Shown in pieces: positions 17,604 to 26,494 of a stretch of 64,000 nt of DNA (within the stretch, counting starts at the first letter, position 1; the number at the start of each line of letters is the position of its first letter). The DNA comes from Elusimicrobia bacterium HGW-Elusimicrobia-1 (GTDB taxonomy: Bacteria > Elusimicrobiota > Endomicrobiia > PHAN01), in the NCBI GenBank assembly GCA_002841695.1, contig PHAN01000016.1:4024-68023 (forward strand), given 5' to 3'. Below the pieces are notes generated by a model that had not been told where the DNA came from, made no database searches, and was given only the letters and a program-made list of their open reading frames with translations. Position numbers and translations under genes: made by a program.

Positions 17604-19826
17604 ATGACAGATAAATGGCAAGTAGCAGAAATAGACCGTGACAAAGTCAGGGAGTTTTCCCGGGCGCTGGGCATAAAGCCCATAGTCGCCCAACTTCTTC
17701 TTGTCCGCGGTGTCAAAAATCTCAAAGAGGCCGAGGCGTTTCTTAACCCGGATCTGGCCTCTCTGCCCAACCCGTTTCTGCTGCGCGACATGGAAGCGTG
17801 CGTGGAGCGGATACGCAAGGCCATCGCCGCCGGAGAGAAAATCCTCATTTTCGGCGACCGCGACGTCGACGGTATAACATCGGTTTCCATACTTAACAGG
17901 ACGATTAAAACTTTGGGTGCCAAGCACGTTTTCTGGTATATACCTTCGACGGAGGGTTACGGGCTCAACGTGCCTGCCGTCGAGCGATTCAAAAAAGAGC
18001 ACAATATAACTCTCCTTATCACGGTAGATTGCGGCATATCGAACAGAGAAGAGATAAAAATCATCCGCGAAATGGGCATAGACGTAATCGTGACGGATCA
18101 TCACGAACCTCCGGAAAAAATCCCTGAGTGCACGGCGGTGCTCAATCCGAAACTCGCAGGTTCGCAGTATCCGTTCAGGGATCTGGCCGGATGCGCCGTG
18201 GCCTTCAAAGTCGCGCACGCTTTGCTTTTTTCGTACAACCCTTATTATAACGAGGAACTTGTGGCCGTCGACATAGAGACCACGGGGCTTCATCCGCGCT
18301 ATTCGGAAATATGCGAGATAGGCGCGGCCCTTACAAAAAACGGCGGGATAACGGCCACTTTTCAGACGCTGGTAAAAACGAAAAAACCGATCCCCTCGGA
18401 TGTCTCGGCGATTCACGGGATTACCGACGATATGTGCGTTTCGGCGCCGCCTCTTAAAGAGGCGCTCGTGAAACTCGCCGACTTTATCGGATCGAGGCGT
18501 CTGCTCATACACAACGCTCCTTTCGACCTTTCCTTTTTAAGACACGCTTTCAAGGCGGAGTTGCGCAGCTCTCTTGACAACGACTGCATAGACACGCTGA
18601 GGATGTCGCGGCTGCATTTTCCGTTTAAGTCGCACGCGCTTACTTCGCTGGTGTCCGATATGAAAATAAGCGTCAGCGAGCACCACAGGGCGCTTGCCGA
18701 CGCAATGGCCTGCGCGCAGGTATTCTGGCGCCTGCAGGAAATGTCCGATGCGCGGGTAAAATATTTTCTTGAGGACCATCTCGACCTTGTTTCCGTCGGC
18801 ACTCTTGCCGACATAATGCCTCTTGTGGGCGAAAACAGAATTCTCGTAAAGCGCGGACTCGAACTGCTTACCAATTCCAAAAAAGCCGGAGTAAAAGAGA
18901 TTGTCGAAGGCGCGCTGCGCGAGCGGAACACGCTTTCGCTTACGTCAAAATACGTTACGTGGAACATAACGCCGCTCCTTAACGCCGCCGGAAGAATGGG
19001 CAAAGCCGACGTGGCCTGCCGGCTTTTGATGTCGACAAAGACCGACGAGGCGCGCGACCTCTACGGCGAAGTCGTAAAACTGAATCTTGACCGCAAGGAA
19101 TTGCAGACAGTAAACGTAGAAAAATTTTTCTCGAAACTCAAAACACAGTGCGATACCCAAAAAGACAGAATAATAGTCATATCCTCCGACGAAGCCGAGC
19201 ACGGCGTCACGGGAATAGTCGCCTCCAATATCGTCAGGTCGCTCAAAAAACCGGCCATTCTTTTTGTCGTCAAAGACGGTATAGCGCAGGGCGCCGGCCG
19301 CTCTTCCGGAGGTTTCAACCTGCTTGCGGCCGTCGAGCAACTCTCGGGGATGCTGATAAAATACGGCGGACATAAATCCGCCGTCGGGCTTTCTATGAAA
19401 GTCGAAGACGTCGACGAGTTCCGCAGAAGGATAAACGAGATCGCCGCCAAAGAGCCGCCGCCCGTCGAGGAACCGGTGATACTGGTTGATGTCTGCGTTG
19501 CTCCGGAAGACATAACCTCTGATTTCCTCAGGCAGATAGAGCAGCTCGAACCTTTTGGCCTTGAAAATCCGGCTCCGGTCTTCTGGGTCAAAGGCCTCAG
19601 AGTTCAGTCGGTCTCGCGGATGGGCGCCGGCGGTGAGCATTTAAGATTGCGTTTCGCCAAAAACTCAACGGGACTCTCGGCCGTCGGATGGGGACTCGGA
19701 AGTATGAGCGATGACATTTCGCGCTGGGACAGTGTGGACGTCGTCGGTCAAATCGAATCGAATTTCTGGCAGGACAAAGAGTATATGCAGCTGCAGATAA
19801 TGGATATAAGCCCCGCGCCGCTTTGA
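17604..19826 (+). CDS. recJ: RecJ-like single-stranded-DNA exonuclease (DHH/DHHA1) carrying an inserted DnaQ-like DEDDh 3'-5' exonuclease domain
   Basis: DHH motifs (ILIFGDRDVDGITS; LLITVDCGIS; VIVTDHHEP), the RecJ linker (LDLVSVGTLADIMPL) and DHHA1 (GGHKSAVG). Between them lie Exo I VAVDIETTGL, Exo II LLIHNAPFDLSFL and Exo III HHRALADAMA. Confidence 0.8.
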   Translation: MTDKWQVAEIDRDKVREFSRALGIKPIVAQLLLVRGVKNLKEAEAFLNPDLASLPNPFLLRDMEACVERIRKAIAAGEKILIFGDRDVDGITSVSILNRTIKTLGAKHVFWYIPSTEGYGLNVPAVERFKKEHNITLLITVDCGISNREEIKIIREMGIDVIVTDHHEPPEKIPECTAVLNPKLAGSQYPFRDLAGCAVAFKVAHALLFSYNPYYNEELVAVDIETTGLHPRYSEICEIGAALTKNGGITATFQTLVKTKKPIPSDVSAIHGITDDMCVSAPPLKEALVKLADFIGSRRLLIHNAPFDLSFLRHAFKAELRSSLDNDCIDTLRMSRLHFPFKSHALTSLVSDMKISVSEHHRALADAMACAQVFWRLQEMSDARVKYFLEDHLDLVSVGTLADIMPLVGENRILVKRGLELLTNSKKAGVKEIVEGALRERNTLSLTSKYVTWNITPLLNAAGRMGKADVACRLLMSTKTDEARDLYGEVVKLNLDRKELQTVNVEKFFSKLKTQCDTQKDRIIVISSDEAEHGVTGIVASNIVRSLKKPAILFVVKDGIAQGAGRSSGGFNLLAAVEQLSGMLIKYGGHKSAVGLSMKVEDVDEFRRRINEIAAKEPPPVEEPVILVDVCVAPEDITSDFLRQIEQLEPFGLENPAPVFWVKGLRVQSVSRMGAGGEHLRLRFAKNSTGLSAVGWGLGSMSDDISRWDSVDVVGQIESNFWQDKEYMQLQIMDISPAPL

Positions 19827-19859
19827 GCGTCCGGAGAACTACATAAGGAGACACAATCA

Positions 19860-21113
19860 ATGAGTTATGCCGATTTCATTTCCGAACGCCTGTCCGCCGA
19901 CGCGGGTTTTGTCGCCGTCGTATCGAAAATCAAGTCCCTTAAAAAGGGCGACAAAGTGCTGCTGTTCCCGCACGACGATCCCGACGGCCTTACCGCCGGC
20001 GTCATACTCGAAACTCTTATGAAGTCGCGCGGAGCCGACGTCCGCACCGTGATACTTCCGACTTACGAACTCAGCGCCGCGGAACTCGACGCAAATCTTA
20101 AAGGTGAAAAACTGGTCGTCATAGCCGACAAAGGCACCATAGGATATTACGACGACTACACGACCAGGGCCGAAATAATGGTGGTGGACCATCACCCGCC
20201 CCAGAGCGGCGAAATCAAGAAGGCCATAGTGTTTAATCCGTCGGTAAAACAATACACGCAGACATCCACATCGCATATGGCGCACATGCTCGCCGCCGCG
20301 CTTTCATCCGCCGACGCCAGGACGGATTATCTTGCTCTCGTCGGAATGAAAGCCGACTGGGCGATAGAACCCGCCACGGATTTTGTGTGCGAATACTGCA
20401 AGCCGTTTTACGCCGAAGCTGCCCTGAAATATCCCTCGCTGACGGCAAAGGTAAAAGCCGCTCCGACGATGTTCGAGGTAAAACAGCGCGAAGTCACGAC
20501 GCTGCTCAACCAGATAAGCGAGTTCTATTTTGTGCTTTCGGGAGGCGGTTTTCAGTATTATTACGAGCCCCGCCAGAACGAGTTTGCCTACGAAGTGCTC
20601 AAAGCGTCGACCTTCGCGTCGTGGAGCGATTTCGCCGCGTTCCGGTCGTCGCTTTCCGAGAAACTCATAACTTCGGCGATTTACGAGCACTTCCGCGAGG
20701 ACTGGTCGAGTTTGTCCACGCTGTTCGATTATTCCGTCGAGATCGGGACCAAGGGAAATCAAAAAGTGTTTTTCTTCCTGGGTAACGACGTGCGCTGGAT
20801 GCCGATGGCCGGCTCCGTCAAACTTTATGATTTAAAGACCCGTGCCGGCGGAGGCGAAGCGGCCTTCATTATGACGAATCTCGAACCCGGCGGTGGAGTG
20901 CATTTCTCGTTCCGCTCGACGGGCGGCGATATTCATTTGGGAAAACTTGCGAGTTCCACCGCCGAGGCGCTCATAGCCAAATACGGTCAGCGCGGCGTCA
21001 TTTCAGGCGGAGGACATCCGGTCGCCGCCGAATGCAAAACCCGTTCGGCAGGCGTGCCCCTTGCGGAGGCCTTGAAGATATTTTTAGAGACACTGCCGGA
21101 AGCGTTGAAGTGA
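19860..21113 (+). CDS. DHH/DHHA1 phosphoesterase, NrnA-like (oligoribonuclease / pAp phosphatase family)
   Basis: DHH motifs (LLFPHDDPDGLTAG; VVDHHPP) and C-terminal DHHA1 (GGGHPVAAE). No OB or RecJ-specific regions. Confidence 0.75.
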   Translation: MSYADFISERLSADAGFVAVVSKIKSLKKGDKVLLFPHDDPDGLTAGVILETLMKSRGADVRTVILPTYELSAAELDANLKGEKLVVIADKGTIGYYDDYTTRAEIMVVDHHPPQSGEIKKAIVFNPSVKQYTQTSTSHMAHMLAAALSSADARTDYLALVGMKADWAIEPATDFVCEYCKPFYAEAALKYPSLTAKVKAAPTMFEVKQREVTTLLNQISEFYFVLSGGGFQYYYEPRQNEFAYEVLKASTFASWSDFAAFRSSLSEKLITSAIYEHFREDWSSLSTLFDYSVEIGTKGNQKVFFFLGNDVRWMPMAGSVKLYDLKTRAGGGEAAFIMTNLEPGGGVHFSFRSTGGDIHLGKLASSTAEALIAKYGQRGVISGGGHPVAAECKTRSAGVPLAEALKIFLETLPEALK

Positions 21114-21252
21114 AAAATTGAGTCAATTGAAAAATACTCCTTTTTCCCGTATGTCATTTCCGAATGTTGTTATCGGGAATCCATACTGCGGAGGAAACCT
21201 TGAATTTCCGCTTTAGCGGGAATGACGTGACAAGGGTTTTTCAACGGTCTCA
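21114..21252. repeat. Dispersed intergenic repeat (MITE-like), sharing both terminal blocks with 27676-27900
   Basis: 5' block caattgaaaaaRtaYcc (21124-21140 vs 27681-27697). 3' block gaatgacNNNacaaNNNgggtttttcaacggYctca (21218-21252 vs 27844-27879). Confidence 0.65.
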
Positions 21253-21336
21253 AATTAAGAAGTCGGTGAATTTAGCGATGGAAAGCGCCGGACGCCGACA
21301 GCGTCCCGGTGTTTTTCTGATATTTGCGGAGGCAAT

Positions 21337-22212
21337 ATGGCTGACAAAGACAAGCTGCCTGTGGTAAAAATCGGAGTTATAGGCGGCAGCGGAGTGTACG
21401 AAATCGAGGGCATTAAAAACTTAAAGGAATACGATATCCCCACACCCTTCGGGAAAACATCCGACACGATAATCGTCGGAGAACTCGGCGGCGTACCGTG
21501 CGCTTTCCTTCCGCGCCACGGCCGCGGGCATCGCATTTCTCCGTCGGAAGTCAACTCCCGCGCCAACATTTACGCGATGAAAGCGTTCGGTGTGGAAAGA
21601 ATTATCGCCGTGTCGGCGTGCGGCTCGCTCAAAGAGGAAATAGAGCCGGGCGATTTCCTGATACCCGATCAGCTCTTTGACAGAACCCGAGAGCGGCCTC
21701 GCAGTTTTTTCGGCGAGGGAATTGTGGGACACGTCGGTTTCGCGGAGCCGTACTGCAAACAATTAAGCGAATTGCTGTTCGCCAAAAGCAGGGAACTCGG
21801 CATTAAATCGCATCTCGGCGGCACATACGTCTGCATCGAAGGCCCTATGTTCTCGACCAAAGCCGAATCAAAGGTCTGGCGCGGGATGGGATTCTCCATC
21901 GTCGGTATGACCAACCTGCCGGAAGCGCGCCTGGCGCGCGAAGCCGAAATATGCTTCACCACGGTGGGGCTCGTGACCGACTACGACGTTTGGAAAGAAG
22001 GCGAAGAGGTTACCGTCGAGAAGGTGGTCGCCACCATCACCAAAAACGTGGCCAATGTCAAAAAACTTTTGAAGGCGCTCGTCGGAGAAATCAAGCCGGA
22101 ACGCGATTGCGCCTGCAAAGACGCTCTGCGCGGCGCCATAATGACGGCGCCCGAAGCCATAGATAAAAAGACGTCGGAAAAACTCAAACTGATAATAGGC
22201 AAATACATATGA
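21337..22212 (+). CDS. mtnP: 5'-methylthioadenosine / purine nucleoside phosphorylase (MTAP, PNP family 2)
   Basis: VKIGVIGGSG, PRHGRGHRISPSEVN, IIAVSACGSL and GPMFSTKAES. Confidence 0.85.
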   Translation: MADKDKLPVVKIGVIGGSGVYEIEGIKNLKEYDIPTPFGKTSDTIIVGELGGVPCAFLPRHGRGHRISPSEVNSRANIYAMKAFGVERIIAVSACGSLKEEIEPGDFLIPDQLFDRTRERPRSFFGEGIVGHVGFAEPYCKQLSELLFAKSRELGIKSHLGGTYVCIEGPMFSTKAESKVWRGMGFSIVGMTNLPEARLAREAEICFTTVGLVTDYDVWKEGEEVTVEKVVATITKNVANVKKLLKALVGEIKPERDCACKDALRGAIMTAPEAIDKKTSEKLKLIIGKYI

Positions 22213-23174
22213 AAAAAACAGCGTCATCGCCGTCCGCCCGAAAAAAATCGGCCGATTCGTCCATACTGGTAGTCGGTTCCGTGGCGCTCGACAGTGTCAA
22301 GACGCCCTTCGGCGAAGTCAAAGACGCCCTCGGCGGTTCGGCCACATACTTCGGCGTGTCGGCGTCGTACTTCGCGCCGGTAAAACTTGTTGCCGTAGTC
22401 GGAAAGGATTTTCCGTCCAAGCACGTCAAACTGTTGAAGTCCCGCGGAATCGACACGAGCGGTCTGCTCCGCGCGCCGGGCAAGACGTTTCGCTGGAAGG
22501 GCTATTACGAATATGACCTCAACAACGCGCGCACACTCGACACCAAGCTGAATGTCTTTGCCGATTTCAAGCCCGAACTCGACGATGCCGCCCGCGACAG
22601 CCGATATGTGTTTCTGGGCAATATAGACCCCGAAATACAGACGGGAGTTCTTAAAAAAATCAAAAAACCGCGCTTAGTCGGCGCGGACACCATGAACTTC
22701 TGGATAGAGCGCAAACCCGAAGCGCTCAAAGAAATGATACGTTTCGTCGATGTCCTCATAATCAATGAAGGCGAGACCAGAGAGTTCGCCAAGGAGAAAA
22801 ATCTCGTGCGCGCCGCCCGACGGATAATGTCGTGGGGGCCGCGATGGCTCGTCGTAAAACGCGGAGAGTACGGCGCCCTTCTGTTTTCGCAAAGCGAAGT
22901 TTTCGCCGCGCCGGCGTATCCGCTGGAAAATATTTCCGATCCCACGGGCGCGGGCGACAGTTTCGCCGGCGGCTTCATGGGCGCGCTGGCGTCGTCGGGA
23001 ATGTCGGCTTTGTCCGGGAAAATATTCCCGTCGATGGCCTCCGCCGTCGTTTCCGGCAGCGTGATGGCTTCGTTCAATGTGGAATCATTCAGCTTGGGCC
23101 GTCTGGCCAATCTCGACGGAAAAAAGATTGCCGCGAGGTTCGGGGAGTTTATTCGTCTTACGCGATTCGCCTGA
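22209..23174 (+). CDS. PfkB-family carbohydrate/nucleoside kinase (ribokinase/deoxyribokinase/adenosine kinase-like)
   Basis: N-terminal GG motif (ILVVGSVALD...ALGGSATY) and C-terminal DPTGAGDSFAGG anion-hole motif. Its start overlaps the mtnP stop. Confidence 0.8.
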   Translation: MKKTASSPSARKKSADSSILVVGSVALDSVKTPFGEVKDALGGSATYFGVSASYFAPVKLVAVVGKDFPSKHVKLLKSRGIDTSGLLRAPGKTFRWKGYYEYDLNNARTLDTKLNVFADFKPELDDAARDSRYVFLGNIDPEIQTGVLKKIKKPRLVGADTMNFWIERKPEALKEMIRFVDVLIINEGETREFAKEKNLVRAARRIMSWGPRWLVVKRGEYGALLFSQSEVFAAPAYPLENISDPTGAGDSFAGGFMGALASSGMSALSGKIFPSMASAVVSGSVMASFNVESFSLGRLANLDGKKIAARFGEFIRLTRFA

Positions 23175-23233
23175 AAGCCGATCGCCCGGTAAATATCGCC
23201 GCCGCGCATATCGCGGCGCAATGGAGAAAAGTT

Positions 23234-24217
23234 ATGATGAAGATAGGAAGAGATTTCACGAACCTGCTGAACACTTCGTTTCTGACGGAGTCGGAAAGAA
23301 AAGACCTTAAGTCGGGAAAACTTGCCGTGTCGGACATGGACGCGCGCGTGCAGATTCGCGCCAAAGCCGACGTCGTAAACCAGATAAAGGTCGCCAAGGA
23401 AACCGGTCTCGATCATGTGGAGTTAGATGGAGGCGTGCCGAATCCGTACCTTGAGCTTTCGTCGGACAAAATAGCCGAAGCGCGGGAATACGCCGTAAAA
23501 AACGGCATCTCCCTGTCATTTCATCTGCCCTACACTTTCGTGGCGGCGGCAACGGCTTCCTTCCAGGAGTCCGACCGGAAAGTCGCGGTGGAACTTCTGA
23601 AAAAATACATAGACGTGGCCAAAGCGCTGGGATGTAACAACGTTAACATGCATCCGGGCGCAGTGCCTTTTTACCAGGCGGTGGGAGAATACAAAAAAAT
23701 CGTGAAGTCCAGCGTGATAAAATCCCTGGAGGAACTTGTTCCCTACGCGGAGTCGAAAGGTCTTTCCTTCCATATGGAAAACAACACGGCTTTCGATTCG
23801 ATTTGTTTTGAAGTCGCCGAATGTCTGGAAATTATCGACGCCGTCAATAAAAAAGGTTCCAAGGTCAAGTTCTGTTTCGACATAGGTCACTGGTTCACAA
23901 GAGCCGACGTGGGGATGACGATTCCGGAACCTCCCGAAAATATAATGAACGAAATTCCCGCGGGCTATCTCGGGCAGATACATCTCAACGACTACATACC
24001 CGTCATAAAGAAATTTCATCCGCCCCTGCACTACCAGAAGGGTCTTCTGAAAAAAGACAATCTCGTCCGTCTGGCCAAAATGCTCAAAGATAAAGGCGCA
24101 GACCTGATAGTGGTTGAAACGGCCGTAAGAGACGTCGACGAGTTGCTCGCCGCCCGCGAAATAATGGATGCCGAGAGTAAGTTTTTGAGGGACGTGCTTA
24201 AAGAAGCGGGAGTGTAA
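23234..24217 (+). CDS. Sugar-phosphate isomerase/epimerase, xylose-isomerase-like TIM barrel (AP-endonuclease-2 fold)
   Basis: Family-typical segments (HVELDG, NNVNMHPG, FHMENN, FCFDIGHW). ATG 23234 (MMKIGRD) chosen; the ORF-track upstream extension overlaps the PfkB gene. Confidence 0.7.
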   Translation: MMKIGRDFTNLLNTSFLTESERKDLKSGKLAVSDMDARVQIRAKADVVNQIKVAKETGLDHVELDGGVPNPYLELSSDKIAEAREYAVKNGISLSFHLPYTFVAAATASFQESDRKVAVELLKKYIDVAKALGCNNVNMHPGAVPFYQAVGEYKKIVKSSVIKSLEELVPYAESKGLSFHMENNTAFDSICFEVAECLEIIDAVNKKGSKVKFCFDIGHWFTRADVGMTIPEPPENIMNEIPAGYLGQIHLNDYIPVIKKFHPPLHYQKGLLKKDNLVRLAKMLKDKGADLIVVETAVRDVDELLAAREIMDAESKFLRDVLKEAGV

Positions 24218-24282
24218 TGTTTTTGTTTCCGGCGCTTTTTCTTTGGACAAGTAAAAAGAGCGAATAACCAGGAGGATTACGA

Positions 24283-24939
24283 ATGTTCTACATTTTTCTT
24301 ATGGGAAGACCCGGCTGCGGCAAGTCGGAAATTTACCGCCGCGTGGCCGAAGAGCTTAAAAACCGAAAACTCGCGTCGGATTTCCTCAGAGTAGACGATT
24401 TTCCTAAACTCTGGGCCAAGTTTCAGGGCGATGACGCCGCTGACAAAGCCGGCACACCGCGCAAATATTCGCGCGCGACGGCGGACGGCGGTTATCTCGT
24501 CACCAACGACGGAGTATGGGACGAAATCCTCAAAGAAGTCGACGCCGACCTCAAAGACCTTTCGCGGCCCGGACGCGCGATATTCATAGAGTTTTCGCGC
24601 CCGAATTACGTGCATTCGATACTGGAAAATTTTTCCGGAAGCGTGCTCGACACCGGAGTCGTGGTCTACATCGACTGCTCCTTTGAAACCTGCTGGCAGA
24701 GGAACGTCAGACGTCACGAGGCCGCCGTCGCCGCGGGCGGCGACGACCATCTGGTAAGCCGCGAAGAGATGGAAAAAACTTATCTTCACGACGACCGCGA
24801 CGCTCTCGTGAAAAACAACAGGATACCGGTTGTCGTCGTTGATAACGAAAAAGACGGCACCGAGCATCTTGCCGCCGCCACCGCGGCCGTGCTCGCGGAA
24901 ATGGAGAAAATCGTCAAGTCAAGAAAAATAAGCATCTAA
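24283..24939 (+). CDS. P-loop NTPase, putative nucleoside/nucleotide kinase (family not recognised)
   Basis: Walker A at the N-terminus (IFLMGRPGCGKSE). Size (218 aa) and layout are reminiscent of adenylate/shikimate-kinase-like small kinases. Lies between the sugar-phosphate isomerase and add. Confidence 0.5.
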   Translation: MFYIFLMGRPGCGKSEIYRRVAEELKNRKLASDFLRVDDFPKLWAKFQGDDAADKAGTPRKYSRATADGGYLVTNDGVWDEILKEVDADLKDLSRPGRAIFIEFSRPNYVHSILENFSGSVLDTGVVVYIDCSFETCWQRNVRRHEAAVAAGGDDHLVSREEMEKTYLHDDRDALVKNNRIPVVVVDNEKDGTEHLAAATAAVLAEMEKIVKSRKISI

Positions 24940-24951
24940 AAGAGGCGTACA

Positions 24952-25983
24952 ATGATAGACGCAAAAACAGCACACCTGCTTCCCAAGGCCGACCTCCACT
25001 GCCATCTCGACGGTTCCGTGCGCACTTCCACGATCCGCGATCTGGCCGGGAAGGCCGGCGCTAAGCTTCCTGCCGAAGACCTTGCCGAACTGGAAAAATA
25101 CGTCAGGGTGCCCGAAACCTGCCGGTCGTTGACGGAGTTTCTGGCGTGCTTCAACTTTTTCTACGACTTCTTGAAATCGCCGGAAGCCGTCGAAAGGATA
25201 GCTTACGAGCTTGTCGAGGACGCGGCCAAAGAAAACGTGCGTATAATCGAGGTGCGCTTCGCCCCGCCCCTGCAGGAAACCGATAAGTTTTCCGCCGACG
25301 AAGTGGTGCGCCGCGCGCTTGCCGGTCTTGCCGCCGGAGAGAGTGATTTTAAGGTAAAGACGGGAGCCATACTTTGTTTCTATCGGTCGCTTTCCGAGAC
25401 CCGGAACGACGCCACGCTTTCGTCGCTCAAAAAATATTTCGGCAACGGCGTGATAGGCGCGGATCTTGCTGGCGACGAGTCGCGCTATCCGTTTTCGCTC
25501 TACGCGAAATATTTTCGCGCCGCGGTGGATATGAAAGTGCCGCTTACAGCCCACGCCGGCGAAGCCGCCGGGCCCCAGAGCATTAAAGCGGCTCTTGACC
25601 TCGGCGCAAAAAGAATAGGACACGGAACGCGCTTGCGCGAGGATTCCGAATTACTTAAACGGGTTGTCGCCGAGGGCGTGCCGCTTGAAGTGTGCGTCAC
25701 GTCGAACGTTCAGACGCAAACAGTGCCCGATTATTCCGATCATCCGATAAAAAAATACTACGACGCCGGCGTCAAGGTGACGTTAAACACCGACGACCGT
25801 TCCGTATCGGGCATTGATTTGAGCTACGAAGTAAAAAAAATATCCGAGGTCTACGGATTCGACGATAAAGACATAGCCCGCATACTGGAAAACGGATTCG
25901 ATGCGTCGTTTATCGACGAGAAAACAAGAAAAGAAGTTTTATCGCGGGCCTCAAAAGAGATAAAAGAAATACTGAAAATTTAA
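24952..25983 (+). CDS. add: Adenosine deaminase
   Basis: LPKADLHCHLDGS metal-binding start. Also HAGE and the C-terminal ...NTDD region. Confidence 0.9.
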   Translation: MIDAKTAHLLPKADLHCHLDGSVRTSTIRDLAGKAGAKLPAEDLAELEKYVRVPETCRSLTEFLACFNFFYDFLKSPEAVERIAYELVEDAAKENVRIIEVRFAPPLQETDKFSADEVVRRALAGLAAGESDFKVKTGAILCFYRSLSETRNDATLSSLKKYFGNGVIGADLAGDESRYPFSLYAKYFRAAVDMKVPLTAHAGEAAGPQSIKAALDLGAKRIGHGTRLREDSELLKRVVAEGVPLEVCVTSNVQTQTVPDYSDHPIKKYYDAGVKVTLNTDDRSVSGIDLSYEVKKISEVYGFDDKDIARILENGFDASFIDEKTRKEVLSRASKEIKEILKI

Positions 25984-26003
25984 AACGGAGGTTTCAAAAG
26001 TTT

Positions 26004-26399
26004 ATGGATAAAAAATATCAGGAATTGCTCGAAGCCGCAAAAGCCGCCCGCAAAAACTCTTACAGCCCCTATTCAAAGTTTCCCGTGGGAGCGGCTCTCT
26101 TGACGGAAGACGGAAAAATCTTTACCGGCTGCAATGTCGAAAACGCCTCCTACGGTTTGACTAATTGCGCCGAGCGCACCGCGATATTCAAAGCCATTTC
26201 CGAGGGCTCCAAAAAATTCAAGGCCATAGCCATAGTGCTCGACGCTCCCGATTACGGAGCGCCCTGCGGCGCGTGCCGTCAGGTTATATACGAGTTCGGT
26301 CCCAATATCGACGTCATAATGGGCACGGTGTCGGGTAAGTCCGAGGTAAAAAAAATCTCGGAACTTATACCTCTGGCATTCGGACCGGAGAATCTTTGA
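26004..26399 (+). CDS. cdd: Cytidine deaminase
   Basis: CAERTAI and PCGACRQV zinc-binding motifs. Length 131 aa. Confidence 0.92.
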   Translation: MDKKYQELLEAAKAARKNSYSPYSKFPVGAALLTEDGKIFTGCNVENASYGLTNCAERTAIFKAISEGSKKFKAIAIVLDAPDYGAPCGACRQVIYEFGPNIDVIMGTVSGKSEVKKISELIPLAFGPENL

Positions 26400-26494
26400 T
26401 AGAAAAACAGGAGTGTAGCGGCGGGATTGCTATCCCGCAATAATATGCCGCATAGCAATGCGGCCGCTATCATCTCCGCTAAAAAGGAGAAATA

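Noticed and set aside
21164-21367. 67-aa + strand ORF between the DHH gene and mtnP
   Set aside because: It lies entirely within the dispersed intergenic repeat and terminator-like hairpin. There is no RBS and no similarity to anything. It is most likely non-coding.
22832-23233. Upstream extension of the sugar-phosphate isomerase ORF overlapping the PfkB kinase gene by about 340 nt
   Set aside because: The overlap is in a different frame of a well-supported gene. The internal ATG 23234 (MMKIGRD) begins the conserved TIM-barrel sequence.
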